Assembly: GCA_020137815.1 (NCBI GenBank)
Contig: CM035353.1
Location: 7,502,001 to 7,566,000, forward strand
Direction: 5' to 3'
DNA: 64,000 nt
Source of the DNA: Hormiphora californensis
Lineage: Eukaryota; Animalia; Ctenophora
Positions 40,710 to 54,165 of this stretch are shown here, piece after piece; within the stretch, counting starts at the first letter, position 1, and each line of letters opens with the position of its first letter. The notes under the pieces were generated by a model. It ran no database searches, was not told the DNA's origin, and saw nothing but the letters and a program-made list of their open reading frames with translations. The position numbers and the translations under genes are program-made.

Positions 40710-41759
40710 GGGGCAGTACACACCAGTAAAAATTAAAACCCGTTAACCCTTTGGGACCGATAGTGGCGCCATCGACAGAAATATCTGAAAATTGCTGGAG
40801 ACACTCCTAACAAGCCTACTTGAAAGCAGAACCAAAAAACTCGTCTCTACGAACTTTGTTTCTGTGGGGTCACCAGTGACCCTATCGGTCTCAAATGGAA
40901 TGCAAACAATTGAGATTTCGTAGCTATTTTGCCTCATAACTCGAAAACCGCTCATCTTAGACCCTATGTTTCTTCATAACACTTATATAAACCCGGCCAT
41001 TCTACACATTTTACACACCCTATGGACCTCTGTATCTCATCTGTAGCCGATTTTAGAATTTCAAATTGGCCGAGATGAAAATTTTTATGAAGGAGCACGA
41101 ATCTCAAAAAAATTTTCAGCGACTCTCTAAGATGTATAGATAACACTGATGGAGTCTGTTAGTCGCTAGCACCCGTTTGAAAAATGCCGTTTTAGACCTT
41201 TATCGGTGGCCAATCCTTTAGAAATGCACGTAAAATCCAAATTTCTATATTAGCGTTAGGGGACGATAGGGTCACTGGTGACCCCGGCATTATTTGCCCT
41301 CTGAGCGTTGTAAATTTGATCAAATCATCACGAAACTTCATACCGGGGTAAAACCTATGGTTTTCTTTTGATTTGTAGGTCCATTATTGGCTTACTTATA
41401 CCGTTTTAGAGATATGGCCAACTTTACACCAAAATTTCAACTTTTATGGCTTAGAGTTGGCATTTCTAGTAAACTAAGATGTTCAAAGCTTAAAATGACC
41501 CCAAAAACAGCCAAAAAGTGTCTATTCTAACCCGGAAAACCATTTAAACTTCTTAGATTTAGTTCGGACAGACGCTAGATGCATAATTAGCGTGGGGTCA
41601 CTGGTGACCCTATCGGTCTCAAAGGGTTAAACTCCTCCTGTGTGCGTCGAAATGATTAGCACTTTTGGAATTAGAGAGAGCATTTTTTAACAACGGTCGG
41701 TGCTGTCCGCTGAAAAAGTTTAACTTTAATTTTTATTTTTTACTGGTGTGTACTGCCCC
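40710..41759. mobile_element. PIF/Harbinger-like MITE interrupted by piggyBac element
   Basis: TIR GGGGCAGTACACACCAGTAAAAA, 3-bp TSD CAA. Confidence 0.75.
40747..41626. mobile_element. Non-autonomous piggyBac element
   Basis: TTAA-CCCTTTG...CAAAGGG-TTAA; repeated GGGTCACYRGTGACCC palindrome. Confidence 0.88.
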
Positions 41760-42146
41760 CAACTTTAAATAATGAGAAAAAGAATATTTGCACTGTAATT
41801 ATAACAGTTCTACCAAAGTAATGGGTGAATACGACAGCTACCTTGGGGAGATAGGATGGTAGTCGATATACTCCATTACCACTACCACACTACTATTTTC
41901 TATCAATAAGATAATGGTTTCACACTATAGTGGTGTTTTATCATCATGGTGTTAAGAGGGTGAGAGCTGGTCGACTGTCGAGCATGTCCTAACTAATAGA
42001 TCTATTTTTTGGGTCACGTCTGTATACGATTCTTAGAATCGTCGATTCTTAGAATCGTCGATTCTATAGTCCATACAGCATCCATTGATCCTTATAACTC
42101 AACTGTACAAATATGATAGAAGTGTGAAACAGCTGTATAAGGGACC

Positions 42147-42368
42147 AGTTACAGATTTGGAACCGGGCGTCAGGTTCCTGGTGCGCGAATTTTTGCACAC
42201 TGCTGACAATTAATCCTGCTCAACTCCCCATTAATGGGGAGTTGAATTCATCCTAGCTGGAAATTTAGTCGCACATTGTAAATGATGCAATGATGCGCAG
42301 CATGGTTCATCGGGATCTCCTATCAGGAATCTCCCATCAGGAAACTGACGCCCGGTTCCAAATAACTG
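42147..42368. mobile_element. ~220-bp MITE
   Basis: TIR TTTGGAACCGGGCGTCAG / CTGACGCCCGGTTCCAAA. Confidence 0.7.
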
Positions 42369-43044
42369 GAACGTAAGGGATGTAAAGTCTATTTAGCTGC
42401 CATGCACTGCCGTATCGCCGAAAAGCAATTTAGGAATTGCCGGTATGGAGAGAGATGTAAAATATAATGGCAAATATATGTGGGTAATTCACATAGTTCA
42501 CGATCCCTTTCTTTTAATTTGTCCCATTTCTTTAGTTGCGATTATTGGTTTTGATATAATATATCTCAATTGTCTCTCTTTCCCACGCAGACAATCAACA
42601 TGATAATTGATATTCCGTCGAAAGATCGCGTTTCCTCTATGCAGCTTCGTCGTGTACATCTTACTATAAATCAATCAGAAGATGACTGAATGATTTGTCA
42701 ATGAACCTTCTCTCCAGGCATCTCACTATCTCACCGTGTCCGCTGATATTATATATAGTTGTGCACGCTGTGTGTTTTATAACTAGTGAACGAACGATGT
42801 TCAATAAAATAGTTTGAGAAAATATAACGAGTCTTTAGAAAGAAGAAAACAACAATCTGTCGCCAACTTTCACTTTCTAGGATATCTTTCTGTTCATGCT
42901 CTCTTTCACATATTTTCTCTACCTCACTATTTCTCTTTTCTACTCTGATACAGCTGCAGCACTAGCAACATCTCACAGCTGCTATACCACTTGTGGATAT
43001 AACAGCTTACCCCTCATTAACCTGTCAGCATGGGATGGAGGATA

Positions 43045-43150
<106 letters not shown>

Positions 43151-43778
43151 AGTAGTATGAGGCAATGTGACCTTCTAACCAATATAGCTTAGTGAGGGAC
43201 ATGCTGGGTTCAGAACTCTTATTCCATTTAACTATATAATAGCTAGTTATATCTCGGGTCGATTGATTTAAACAGCTTCCACTGTTCATGTTTGAGTGTC
43301 TTTACATGGTCAATTGACAATGATTAATTGGAAAGGAACATATCACTTAAGCATTCGTTTTGTTGATTTTGTAATAATAGTCTCGTTGATCAAGATGGTA
43401 TCTATAATAGAATTAAGCCATTGACATTTATATTAACATATTCAGGGTGCATTAGAAACACTTCTTCTAGTGTATATATATGTTATAATTACACCCACTA
43501 CTCCAAGAGCAACATATGATATTATATGTTATGTGGGGACACTATATTACACAGTTCGTTAGGCTAGGCATTATATAGCTCAATGAGACTGTTCCTTTAT
43601 ACCACGGCCCTCTGGGGGGGGGGGGGCTCTATATATTGAGATGACGTGTAGAATGTACATACATGTCGACATGTGTCATTTCGAAGCTGTAAAAGCTTGA
43701 TATATATTTATAGATCCAAAATGGGGTAGTTACGTAGCTATGTAGTGGATCGCTAGTAACTTCCTTCCTTTCTTTGCA

Positions 43779-43978
43779 TATGGCACAGTCCACGTCTGAG
43801 TGAGATAATCTCACTCAGACATCACAGAATATTTTTTTACAAAAATAGAGTTGTTACATAAACTAGAGATGCTCTAGTTTATGTAGCAACTCTAATTTTT
43901 GTAAAAAGATTGTACACTTGGGAGAAATTCTGTGATGTCTGAGTGAGATTATCTCACTCAGACGTGGACTGTGCCATA
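43779..43978. mobile_element. 200-bp palindromic MITE
   Basis: ATATGGCACAGTCCACGTCTGAGTGAG...CTCACTCAGACGTGGACTGTGCCATAT. Confidence 0.75.
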
Positions 43979-44116
43979 TACGATACAAGCATTTATAGCT
44001 TTCATAAACTCAGTATAATTATTGAGGGCCGATAGAAAATAGTTTCTTGCTTTTGTTATTTATTACGTGTGAAAGATTGTTTTTTATCATCTATCGGTTC
44101 CATTCTAGCTGCCACT

Positions 44117-44503
44117 ATGTCTGGGTCTACTCTAATTGGTACTATTCTCGCCGGCTTGATACTTTTCTGTGGGTTTCTTGCTGGCCTCATCTTTCTTTGT
44201 TTCTGTATTCGCTCACACTGCGGGGAGACTGCCAATAAGGTATTGCATGATCTCTGACTGGGTACAGTGTCCCCCGCTACGTCCCGATAAGAGAGGCCAG
44301 AGGGTACACCGTACTCGACAAGATCTCTCCTGGCAGTGCCTACGTACAGGGGATTGCCGTGATGTGCCCAAAGATCTCTCTGACTCTTCCCCTTAAAATT
44401 CATATATGGTCCCACTCAGGTGAGACCGGTTGCAGTGTTTCCGACAACGGACCTTACACCAACTGCAAACAGCGCAGGGCACGAGCTGGTCAGTGCGGTT
44501 TGA
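44117..44503 (+). CDS. Putative ~68-aa single-pass membrane microprotein, 2 exons
   Basis: MSGSTLIGTILAGLILFCGFLAGLIFLCFCIRSHCGETANK|VRPVAVFPTTDLTPTANSAGHELVSAV*; GT-AG phase-0 intron. Confidence 0.45.
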
Positions 44504-44906
44504 ACTATAACATGCCAGTATTACTGACCCATGAAGTGGTACTGACGGTGAATAATCTAATCGTGCCCAGCTATAAAAGTCAGCGAAGCATGTTGCAAAC
44601 AACAAGTGCGTGTTAACCACCACTAAACTAGCTCTGTCCAGAAGTAGGCGAGTAGGTACGTACTAGACGCGGCAGGGAGGAAAAGTCTCCTGTATCGATG
44701 TATCAAGGGGGCCATTGTGTATCAATATATTAATTGCGTTGTATTGGTATATCTATTAAGGACACTATATTCAAGGTAGAAAACGCAAGCTTTTTTGATC
44801 AGCGGTCAGTCTCCAATCAATGCACCTTGTTCAGCTTCCCTCCCTCTCCATACTAGATTTGTCTTCTAATTGCAGGTGTTTTACAGATGGGAGGATCTGA
44901 TGTGAA

Positions 44907-46052
44907 ATGCAGCTTGTAGCAGTGCAGTTGGTAAGCGCTGTAGTTACTGTATTGTTTTAATAAGTGATTCTTAGTATCTACACATGATCCCAATTGCTAA
45001 AACATGTTCTAGTTGTACTGTATAAGGCCACGCACAGACTGTTGTACTGTATAACAGACTACTATGGTCTGCCCACCAGGTACTCTGCACTGCATTGGTG
45101 GTATGTCTGGTGGAAGGACAGTTTGTCTACAAGCGCCCTGTTAAAAAGACCACCAGCCGAACATGGAGCCTTTCAGACCAACTAACAACACATGCTAAAG
45201 CATTCATTCACGAGGTACGAGAGATACATTATACTGAGTGCACCTCATCGGACGATAACTATTGAAAGAGGCAAATAGTTGCTGCACTGTCAGGCTAGCT
45301 GCCAGCTGGACCTACTTCACATATTCTTCATATGTTCAGTTGTGATCCGACCTATAAACAAAATACACATTGTCTATAACAGATAGTGGAGACAGTCGAT
45401 ATAGATGGGAACCATGCCAAGAGAATAACACGGAGAAGAGTGACCAAGGAGGAGCTGCACAAGGATCTAGAGATAACAAAAGGAGTGTGCTATGGTCTTA
45501 TTGCTAGTTACTTAGTTACTGTTGCCTTTGTAATCATCATTGGTATTGCATGGTGAGTGTCTTGTAATCGATCATCTTTCTGTGACGTGTGATGAATATA
45601 TATACTTGCAAGCTTAGATTCTCAGGCACCATTATTCATTACAATTTACATTAGTTTCACTATTGTAAGGAGTGATCGTGATTTAGGAACAATATTTCCA
45701 ACTGTACATAAGTAAAAGCACAGATCAAAAGCCAAAGCCCTTTGTATATGCTACAGTCCCCTCCTGCATGTTACAATATCGGGTACTCACTAGAGGGGCC
45801 TGCAGCGTATGCCAACCAAATTAGGAACGGGCATGGATGCTCTCCCTTCTCCTCCTAATTATATTTTGATTTTGCAGGTACTTTGCGTGTTGCCGTCATG
45901 GTCGGTTTTGTTGCCTCTGCTGCTACAATGGGGAGGGACAGTGTTGCTGTGCATGTTCTAACGATGAGGCTGGACCTGTTCTAGAGGGAGCTAAACCAAC
46001 TGGATACAACAGTACTAACGAAGAAAACAATGAAAATGAAAACTATCCATGA
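44907..46052 (+). CDS. Putative 167-aa type I membrane protein with Cys-rich tail, 4 exons
   Basis: Exons 44907-44930, 45080-45214, 45383-45552, 45878-46052, phases match; signal peptide, TM segment, CCRHGRFCCLCC...CCCAC. Confidence 0.65.
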
Positions 46053-46372
46053 ACTTATATTCATTTTGTACATTTATCTTGTTACTACATTGTTTATGAT
46101 CTGCACACAACTACTTTCAATTTTGGCTAATGTGAAGAACAACAGATCACCTCTCAATCCACACACGTCACCTACACATGCCTTATAGTCAGTCATCTGT
46201 TGTGTATTACACGTGTGTGATATAGCCTGCATAATACTTATTATCATAACTACAGCTGTATTTGACGGGGCCATTTATATTTCCGGGATAGGTTGTATTT
46301 GTGGGCCTATAAAAGTCGCTATTAATAGTTTTGCATTTGCCAGACGACATTGACACGCCGTTTGTATAGAAA

Positions 46373-49109
46373 ATGTTTCTCTTTGTCTTGTGTGTGTTGC
46401 TGTGTTTCTCTGGCAGTAAGCCAGAAGTGTGTAACGAATGCCAAGAGTTTCAACTACAGACTGACTATTGTCTACCTCACGCAGGTAATACAATGCTGCA
46501 GTACCAGTATTATGAGTTGTGCCAGTGCAGGTATACTAAGCAGCATCTTTTGCCCTAATTGTGTCCTAATTGTGTCCTAATTGTGCCCTAATTGTGTCCT
46601 AATTGTGCCCTAATGTTGCCCTAATTGTGTCCTAATTGTGTCCTAATTGTGTCCTAATCGTGCCCTAATTGAACTTTAAATATATGTCCTAATCGTGCCC
46701 TAATTGTGTCCTAATTGTTTCCTAATTGTGCCCTTATTATGTACTATCCTGCAGTTGTCCTTGGTCATGTGCGTCTAAGAAGATGGTGGGACGAGACAAG
46801 GGATTACTATATCATCAGTATCAACCAGATATTCAGACGAAGGTAAGTAGGTCTGTAGTTACACACAAAATCAGAAAAAGCAGAAACACTGACACGGGTC
46901 ATCGTATAACACGTAAAATACAGTTTTTCCAACAACACATAATTCAGCAGGCCAAACAGTGTATGCCTAGCAGAACCTACTTTAGCAATTTTCATGATTA
47001 TGAAACAAATGAAAGCGTGAAAGTAGAATACTGATGCAGTGGGGATCTCTAGTACAGAGAAGATTGGATTGGGCCCTGAACGTTGTTTTCAAAATACAAA
47101 AATATTGTTGAATGTCCCAAATATTTTCTCAAATGTTTTCGTATTCTCCAATTTTATAGCTACAACAATTACAGTCGGACCCCGATTTACCGGGATCCTC
47201 GGGGGAAGTCATTTTGCCCGGTAAATCGGGGTGCCCGGTATATCGGGATGATGAATTTCTGACCCTTTTTCGATATAATTTTCACACCCATAAGCAGTTT
47301 CAATGACATACTAAGCCTTGTTTAGCATATTAGTAGCTGCAGCATTGCTATTAAGGTATATACTTAATGAACTTCAGACAATAATTCATTGAATCCGTCT
47401 GACTATCAATCGGTAGCGGTGGGGAATCACGTATCATCGATTTTAATACAAGACGGATATCGATACTGTGACCTCATTAGACTTAGAGATCACGTATCGT
47501 GATATCTACAGGCTAATGGTTTACTCGATGAGTCGGGCAGGTACCTGTGTGATTTTCTACCACTTTACCCAATCACTCGATTAGTTACAGTAGGTCATGT
47601 ATCGATACTATGGCCTCTTACAACGTATGATATGTGATTGTCCACCTCAATCACCCTGATTAGTCGTCACGCATCAATTCACGATTCGATAGAGATCACA
47701 TGACATGGCTAATTAGAAATTTTGTAAAACTGAAATTTTCCTTGAAAATGGGCCAAATATTTCGGGGTAAGTTTATCATCCCGGTAAATCGGGGTTCCGG
47801 TAAATCGGGGTCCGACTGTATTAACAATTAAAGTGAGAGTGGACAGAATCAGAATTGGACAAGTTTGTTGGAGGTAGTAGAGATTAGTTCCACGAGCATT
47901 TTGCCTTTTTCCCGCTCAAAATCGACCCATCCATCACCGATATATTTTTGTTACTCTCGGGGAATTCCTGCTGGATCAATATTTATCAAACAGGATAGAA
48001 ACAATCCTTGTGTTTTACTAAAAAATTCTATAAATCATATCATACTACTTACTAAGCAAATTGTGTGACACATGTCACCTAGCAACTACACTTGCACGTG
48101 CAATTATTAGAGGGACCTGGAGACCTCTCTCCCGGTTGCAGTTGGGTACCAAGGGGGAATTCAATTCTGCACGTGCATTCTTTTACTTCTGTCCTGATGT
48201 CTAGCTCTTCCACCCCAAGCGCTATTCGGCAACGTTGATCTAGGTCCAGGAGAACTGCTGCTGTCAGGGAGCAGGCTAGAGAATATGACAAATTACGCCA
48301 ACGTGTTCAAGCGAGCCAATCAACGACTACTGATAGCTTTACCCAATCTCCGAATTGGCTACATAGCGGCCAAGTTTTCACGTGATGAGTTTCTGGAACA
48401 GCACTGCACCTCCATGACATTGATCTCTTAAATTCGCACCTTGACATTGCCAGGAAGCCCAGAGCGTACAACAACATGGGTAGGGAGAAAGTGAGAGATA
48501 GGCTAGGAACGGATGGTGCAGGTGATGTCAGCGTTCCCTAATCCAGCTACCATTTCCCCGAAATTCGCCCGTAGGGCGAACGGGCATACTAGTTTTTAAT
48601 ATGCTGAATTGCATTGCTCTGCTTCTGTGCATGGACATGTCAACCTCACTGCTTATATTCAGAATGTGTTAGTAAAACACGACGATTGATTCTATCTTGT
48701 TTATTACATACTGATTAAACAGGAATTCCCCGAGAGTAACAAAAATATCTCAGTGATGGATGGGTCGATTTTGAGCGGCAAAAAGGCAAAATGCTCATAG
48801 AACTAATCTCTACAACCTCCAACAAACTTGTCTAATTCTGATTCTGTCCACTCTCACTTTAAGGGTAGCGACTGGCTTTTTGAAATGTCGGCTAATTTGA
48901 AACAATTCCCTCACTATTATTTAACTAGTTTCAAGGTAAAAGCGGAAGTAGTACGAGTGTTAACAGATAGAAACTGCGGAGTAAACTTGGAAATGGGGGC
49001 TTCCTATATTCTAGGAGTTAATAGTGATGACACTGGGACTCTCTCATTACCACCATGCTCTTTAGCACTGAAATATACCGAGGTAAAGTCTGGTATCAGT
49101 GCATCATGA
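46373..49109 (+). CDS. Secreted NTR/N-TIMP-like domain protein, 3 exons, ~126 aa
   Basis: Exons 46373-46484, 46755-46842, 48929-49109; signal peptide, C..C...Q.DYC, YIISINQIF, CGVNLEMGASYIL, terminal CS. Confidence 0.7.
46551..46733. repeat. 11-bp minisatellite (TGTCCTAATTG)n in intron
   Basis: Direct reading. Confidence 0.93.
47172..47818. mobile_element. pogo/Tc1-type non-autonomous element
   Basis: TA-CAGTCGGACCCCGATTTACCGG...CCGGTAAATCGGGGTCCGACTG-TA. Confidence 0.88.
47832..48858. mobile_element. Kolobok-like non-autonomous element
   Basis: TTAA TSD, AG...CT termini, ~140-bp TIRs. Confidence 0.78.
48035..48592 (+). mobile_element. Non-autonomous Helitron nested in Kolobok-like element
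   Basis: A|TCATATCATACTAC start (5' end +/-5 nt); TTCGCCC-GTA-GGGCGAA hairpin then CGGGCATACTAG|T. Confidence 0.68.
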
Positions 49110-50306
49110 ATAAAAAAGTAGAAAGATGAAATATTGATCGATTGGAAAGATATGAGTTGACAGCTTCATTAGTTTACTTGCTTTAACTAGATATATGACA
49201 GTGGTGCTCTTTCATATTTGACGCCCGTGTGATAGCGGCAACGACAAGCAGAAATAAGCAGACATGTATCGTATTGACTATTGAGTAACATTTTGACAGG
49301 TGGAAAGGAGTGTGAGAGGGGTAATAACAAAGAGGAGGATAGACTGCAGTTGTACAGAAGACAAGTGTGGCACAAACACCTGTAACACACTCCACCAGGT
49401 CAGGCTGAACCATATATATAATATCATATTCATAAAGGAATGAAAACCAACATTAGATACATGGCACACGAGTCTAACGATTATCTCAATCTGTGAGCGG
49501 GATATTTAGGCCGGGTCCAGAAGAGTAGTAGGTACTAGGTAGCATGGCCGTGGATATCTACCACAACTACCACTCGTCTGGACACTAATACATATATATA
49601 AATATAATCTACCATGGTAGGTTGTATACAGCTGTAATACCTCGGCCCTTTTTACAGCCTTCCATCATGGTAGCTTATAATGGTAGACTACTATCATGAT
49701 AGGTTGTCAATCGTCTGGACACCCTCTGACATATATGCCATAAAGAGATAATTTTACTTCTATTGGATATGAGAAATTTGACCACCTCGATGATTTATTT
49801 AGGACAAACTGCAAAAAGCAGTCGTCACATGTAAACCAGGTGACAGAAGTATTATGGTAGATGTGTCAGAGGGTGTCCAGACGAGTGGTAGGTCTACCTT
49901 ACCATGATTGCCTTCCATGGTAGATTAGCACACTCGCCTCTACGTATTGAAAGACAAGGGGCAAGGGCGTTAGAAAGTGCCGAAGTAGCAAAAAGAAAAA
50001 GAAACAATTAATACAGTGTGACGTGTCGATGTGATGGCTAAAAGGTCTCGTCGATTTAAAAAAAGCTTGAAACATGAATTTCTATTAACTGTATTGTCAT
50101 AAAATGAACTCTGACAAGCCTGACCCGTTAACTTCATTCCCTTTTTAGGGCTTATTATCTGATCTCGAGAATGAAGGAGCAGGAAAAGCATGCCTAGATC
50201 AGACGGGTTTCTGCAGTAAGATTGACAAGAAAGGTAAGTACAGATAAACTTCCCAGGGGTCGCCCCTGTGACGCATGGGCTGACATTAAATAGTCGAGAA
50301 TCCGTA

Positions 50307-51247
50307 TAGTAGGGTCGGTTGTGGGAAGTTGGGTCTGGAATTTTAAATTTGACTTGCTGATATGATTAGGGACTCTATAAAAAGTCCAAAGTACCATCCC
50401 ACAGGTCTCTACCACCACCAGTTCACTAATTAGTCGTAATTATGTGATTTATGACGTTATCTCCAATTAGCACTAATAATACCAGTTCCTGGTCACTTAG
50501 AGCTTAGATTTTGATACCAGCTGATAGAGGATCACTAGATTAGTGGGCATTCAAAATTTTAGGTCGATCGGAGTTATGGTCGAGGAGTTATAACCGTTTT
50601 TCCGTTTGGCTGGCGGTTGGCTGGCACCACGTGGGATTACGGGTTTAGGTCGTCGTAGGAGGTCGTCATTGGTCGCGTTCGATCGGGCTCGATGAGGTGA
50701 TCAAAACCTAGTGGGGCCAGACCTTGGCCCCACCCCGTTCTTGGGTTATTAGGCTTTTTCGGTTTTGGCGGGAAAATATTTTGGCGGGAAACCGAAAAAG
50801 CCCAATAACCCAAGAACGGGGTGGGGCCAAGGTCTGGCCCCACTAGGTTTTGATCACCTCATCGAGCCCGATCGAACGTGACCAATGACGACCTCCCACG
50901 ACGACCTAAACCCGTAATCCCACGTGGTGCCAGCCAACCGCCAGCCAAACGGAAAAACGGTTATAACTCCTCGACCATAACTCCGATCGACCTAAAATTT
51001 TGAATGCCCACTTATCTAGCGATCCTCTATCAGCTGGTATCAAAATCTAAGCTCTAAGTGACCAGGAACTGGTATTATTAGTGCTAATTGGAGATAACGT
51101 CATAAATCACATAATTACGACTAATTAGTGAACTGGTGGTGGTAGAGACCTGTGGGATGGTACTTTGGACTTTTTATAGAGTCCCTAATCATATCAGCAA
51201 GTAAAATTTAAAATTCCAGACCCAACTTCCCACAACCGACCCTACTA
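50307..51247. mobile_element. Academ-like ~940-bp palindromic element
   Basis: TAGTAGGG...CCCTACTA, GTA duplicated on both sides, ~458-bp near-perfect arms. Confidence 0.85.
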
Positions 51248-54037
51248 GTATTCTGTCTTGCACACGCTTCAATCCTTTCTATTTAAGTAACGAGCGTGGT
51301 ACACGCTAGACGGAAAAATAAAGGAGTGTCAGGGACATGTTCCTTTTACAGGTGGTTGTTGTTGGACGTTAGACAAGGAGCGATTCTCGGATTGCTACAC
51401 TGAAAAGACAGCATTCTCTCAGTACACTATGCCCCCAATCGGTAAATTAAATATATGAACAACATCAGATCATTTTCATTCATCGTGTGAATTGTGATTT
51501 GCTGATTAAAACTTATTTCTCAGAAACGTATGCCCCATTCTACAAACGGTATAACGGCGCCGACACCGGAAACGAAGGTGCAACTGAGGCCAATTAAACC
51601 CAGGATCTGTTTACACTTTTTAAAATGAAGGATTTTATGAAGGATTTGATTTAAAGGAACTGATTTTGTTAACCAATCATTTGTATTTTTGTAAATCTTA
51701 TAAATTTTTACCTAAATAACTGTTTAAACTTTTCTCGTATCGGCTCCTGCTGTCTGCAGTGGACATGACACCGGTTTGTCAGTGCACTAAATTGGGTTGA
51801 CACTTGACACGTCAAGCGGCGCCGCCAGACATCTTTCTTTTCTTTTAAAATAATAAATTTAAATCAATTGGGCCAGGTTCGGAAATCACAGACGGCCATA
51901 CCGAAATTAGCTAATGAACAAATAACAGTCTTTGCAAGCCGCAAGGACATTCTAAAAAAAATTAAAAAAGCGCAAACTTTTTTAAAAAACACCTTGGCCT
52001 TGGCCTTTTTCGCTTTTAATTAATCAAATATTAATTGCGCGCCGCATTTTTCTTTCCATAATTTGCCGCGCGTTGATATTCCAATCATTACCGCGCGTTC
52101 CGGACCCTATTCCATTTCCTGATGAAATCTGTTTGGCGGCGCCGATCCGATCCTGTCTGGTGCCGCCAACCCCATATGACTATGAGAGCAATGAGAATCA
52201 AAACGGGGTCTGGCGCCAGGCGCCGCCAAACAGAATGAAATATAATTTAATTCAATTCAATTATATTATATTTCATTCTGTTTGCCGACGCCAGACCCCG
52301 TTTTGATTCAATGAATTAATTAGACTGAGTTTTTAAAATTCAAAAAAATTAGTAAAAAAGTTTACACATTTAAACGTTTCTTGACCAGTTATATCTGCAT
52401 TTTAATCACAAAGTGCAATATCAAAAAGTAAATTTATAGTCTCAGTCTCACTTTCAGTTTCACTTTCAGTCTTTGTGATTGTCTAATTTAAGTCTAAATG
52501 GAGTTGGACAAACTTACTTAATACAGATGTACTCTAGTTCAAGTTACCTAATGCATATTATACATATGACCTTCAGTATTACTCAGCTCAGACTCAAAGT
52601 TATATGCTGAGCCATATGAGTATGACGCTATCAATCCGAAACGATGTTTCATTGCCTCAAGAACTAGAAGAAATGTACAACAAAATTATCAAATTAAAGG
52701 TGGACAACATATTGATATTGTTCGGTCCCATGGCTGTACTTCAATCACCACATGGTAACGCTATTATATAGTGGATGTTGTTGGTTCCGGCTCATTTTGC
52801 AGAGGATCAACAAGTGTGGTTCCTGTTATAACAGGAGAGGTGCCTGTGGCTGCTGGTGTGGAGGCTGATACAGCTGCTGGAGAGGTGCCTGTGGCTGCTG
52901 GTGTGGTGCCTGAGGCTGCTGGAGAGGTGCCTGTGGTAGTGGGGTCTGGCACGGTGGCAGCTGCAGGGGATGTTTGACCTCCTGGGGAGGTGCTGGTGGT
53001 GGAATTGTCTATTGCCGCTCTGTTAGCCCTGAGCAAGGAGGATCCTCGTCTGAAAGATAAAACATGGTCAATTGATGATTTCAAAATCAAAACGGGGTCT
53101 GGTGGGGCCAGACAGCTCCAACCCATGGCTCATGATGCCCCATTATTTAGCACATGGACACAACCCCCCCACCCCTGCAGCTTTATCTATACCTTGGAAA
53201 TGTTTCGTTGTTAGAGGTAGAGTTGAAGGTGCCTGGTCCTATAACGGATAGTCTCCCCGCTGGTCTATCTACAGATGGGGGGAGGATGTGGATTGAGGGT
53301 CGTGTCATCGTACCCCGCCTGCGGAACCAAGCTACACACCGGTTAATACACATCGGAACACGACAAAATGTACACATTGGGACCCCGATAACATGATAAC
53401 TTCTATTACGTGGTGTAATGTACCCCCTCTTACTTTTTCCCTCGTCAGAGCCCCCTCCTCCAGTGGATAGGACGCTGGTTGCTTGGTATAGCATGCGTGT
53501 TGCGCTCCTCTGCATGTCTGCATTACACTGGATCTGTACTAGCGCGTCCACAAACCCTGCCATAGTGTGGGACATGTAGAACCAAAGGTACAGGTATACC
53601 TCTCCTGTATCACTGTTACCTGAAAGTGAAAGAGTTTTTAATCCATGGTTACCATGGTTACACACAAAAACTAAGTGACAAGTTAGATCAATTAACTTGA
53701 TCTATTATTCGTTTCACTTTCTTTTTCGGCTCTTGGAGTTCCCTATTGAGCACTGTTGGTGGGAAGTTAACAAGTCATATGCAGCTCAGTTGCCATGGTA
53801 ACCAACTTGTTGTTACCAGTGGTAACTGTGTGCTAACCTGCCATTGTTTTGAAGACAGTGTTATCTGTTTTGAACATGTACACCACATTATAAGCCACGG
53901 TTACAAAATGAGCCACAAGATAGGTAGCACAAAGAGCAAAGGTACACTTTATCACCGCCATTTCCTTGGCCATCATTCGGATCTCTGAAGGGGTTGGAAT
54001 CATGAAATAAAAAGGGGGTCATTAGCGGATCGAGGGG

Positions 54038-54165
54038 TGCAATATAGCAACCTGATTACTGAATCAACCCCACTTTCCACTCCAGGGATATAAATGAACA
54101 CCCCCCCTTTATATCCCTGAAGTGGAAAGTGGGGTTGATTCAGTAATCAGGTTGCTATATTGCAC
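54038..54165. repeat. ~128-bp palindrome
   Basis: GTGCAATATAGCAACCTG...CAGGTTGCTATATTGCAC. Confidence 0.85.
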
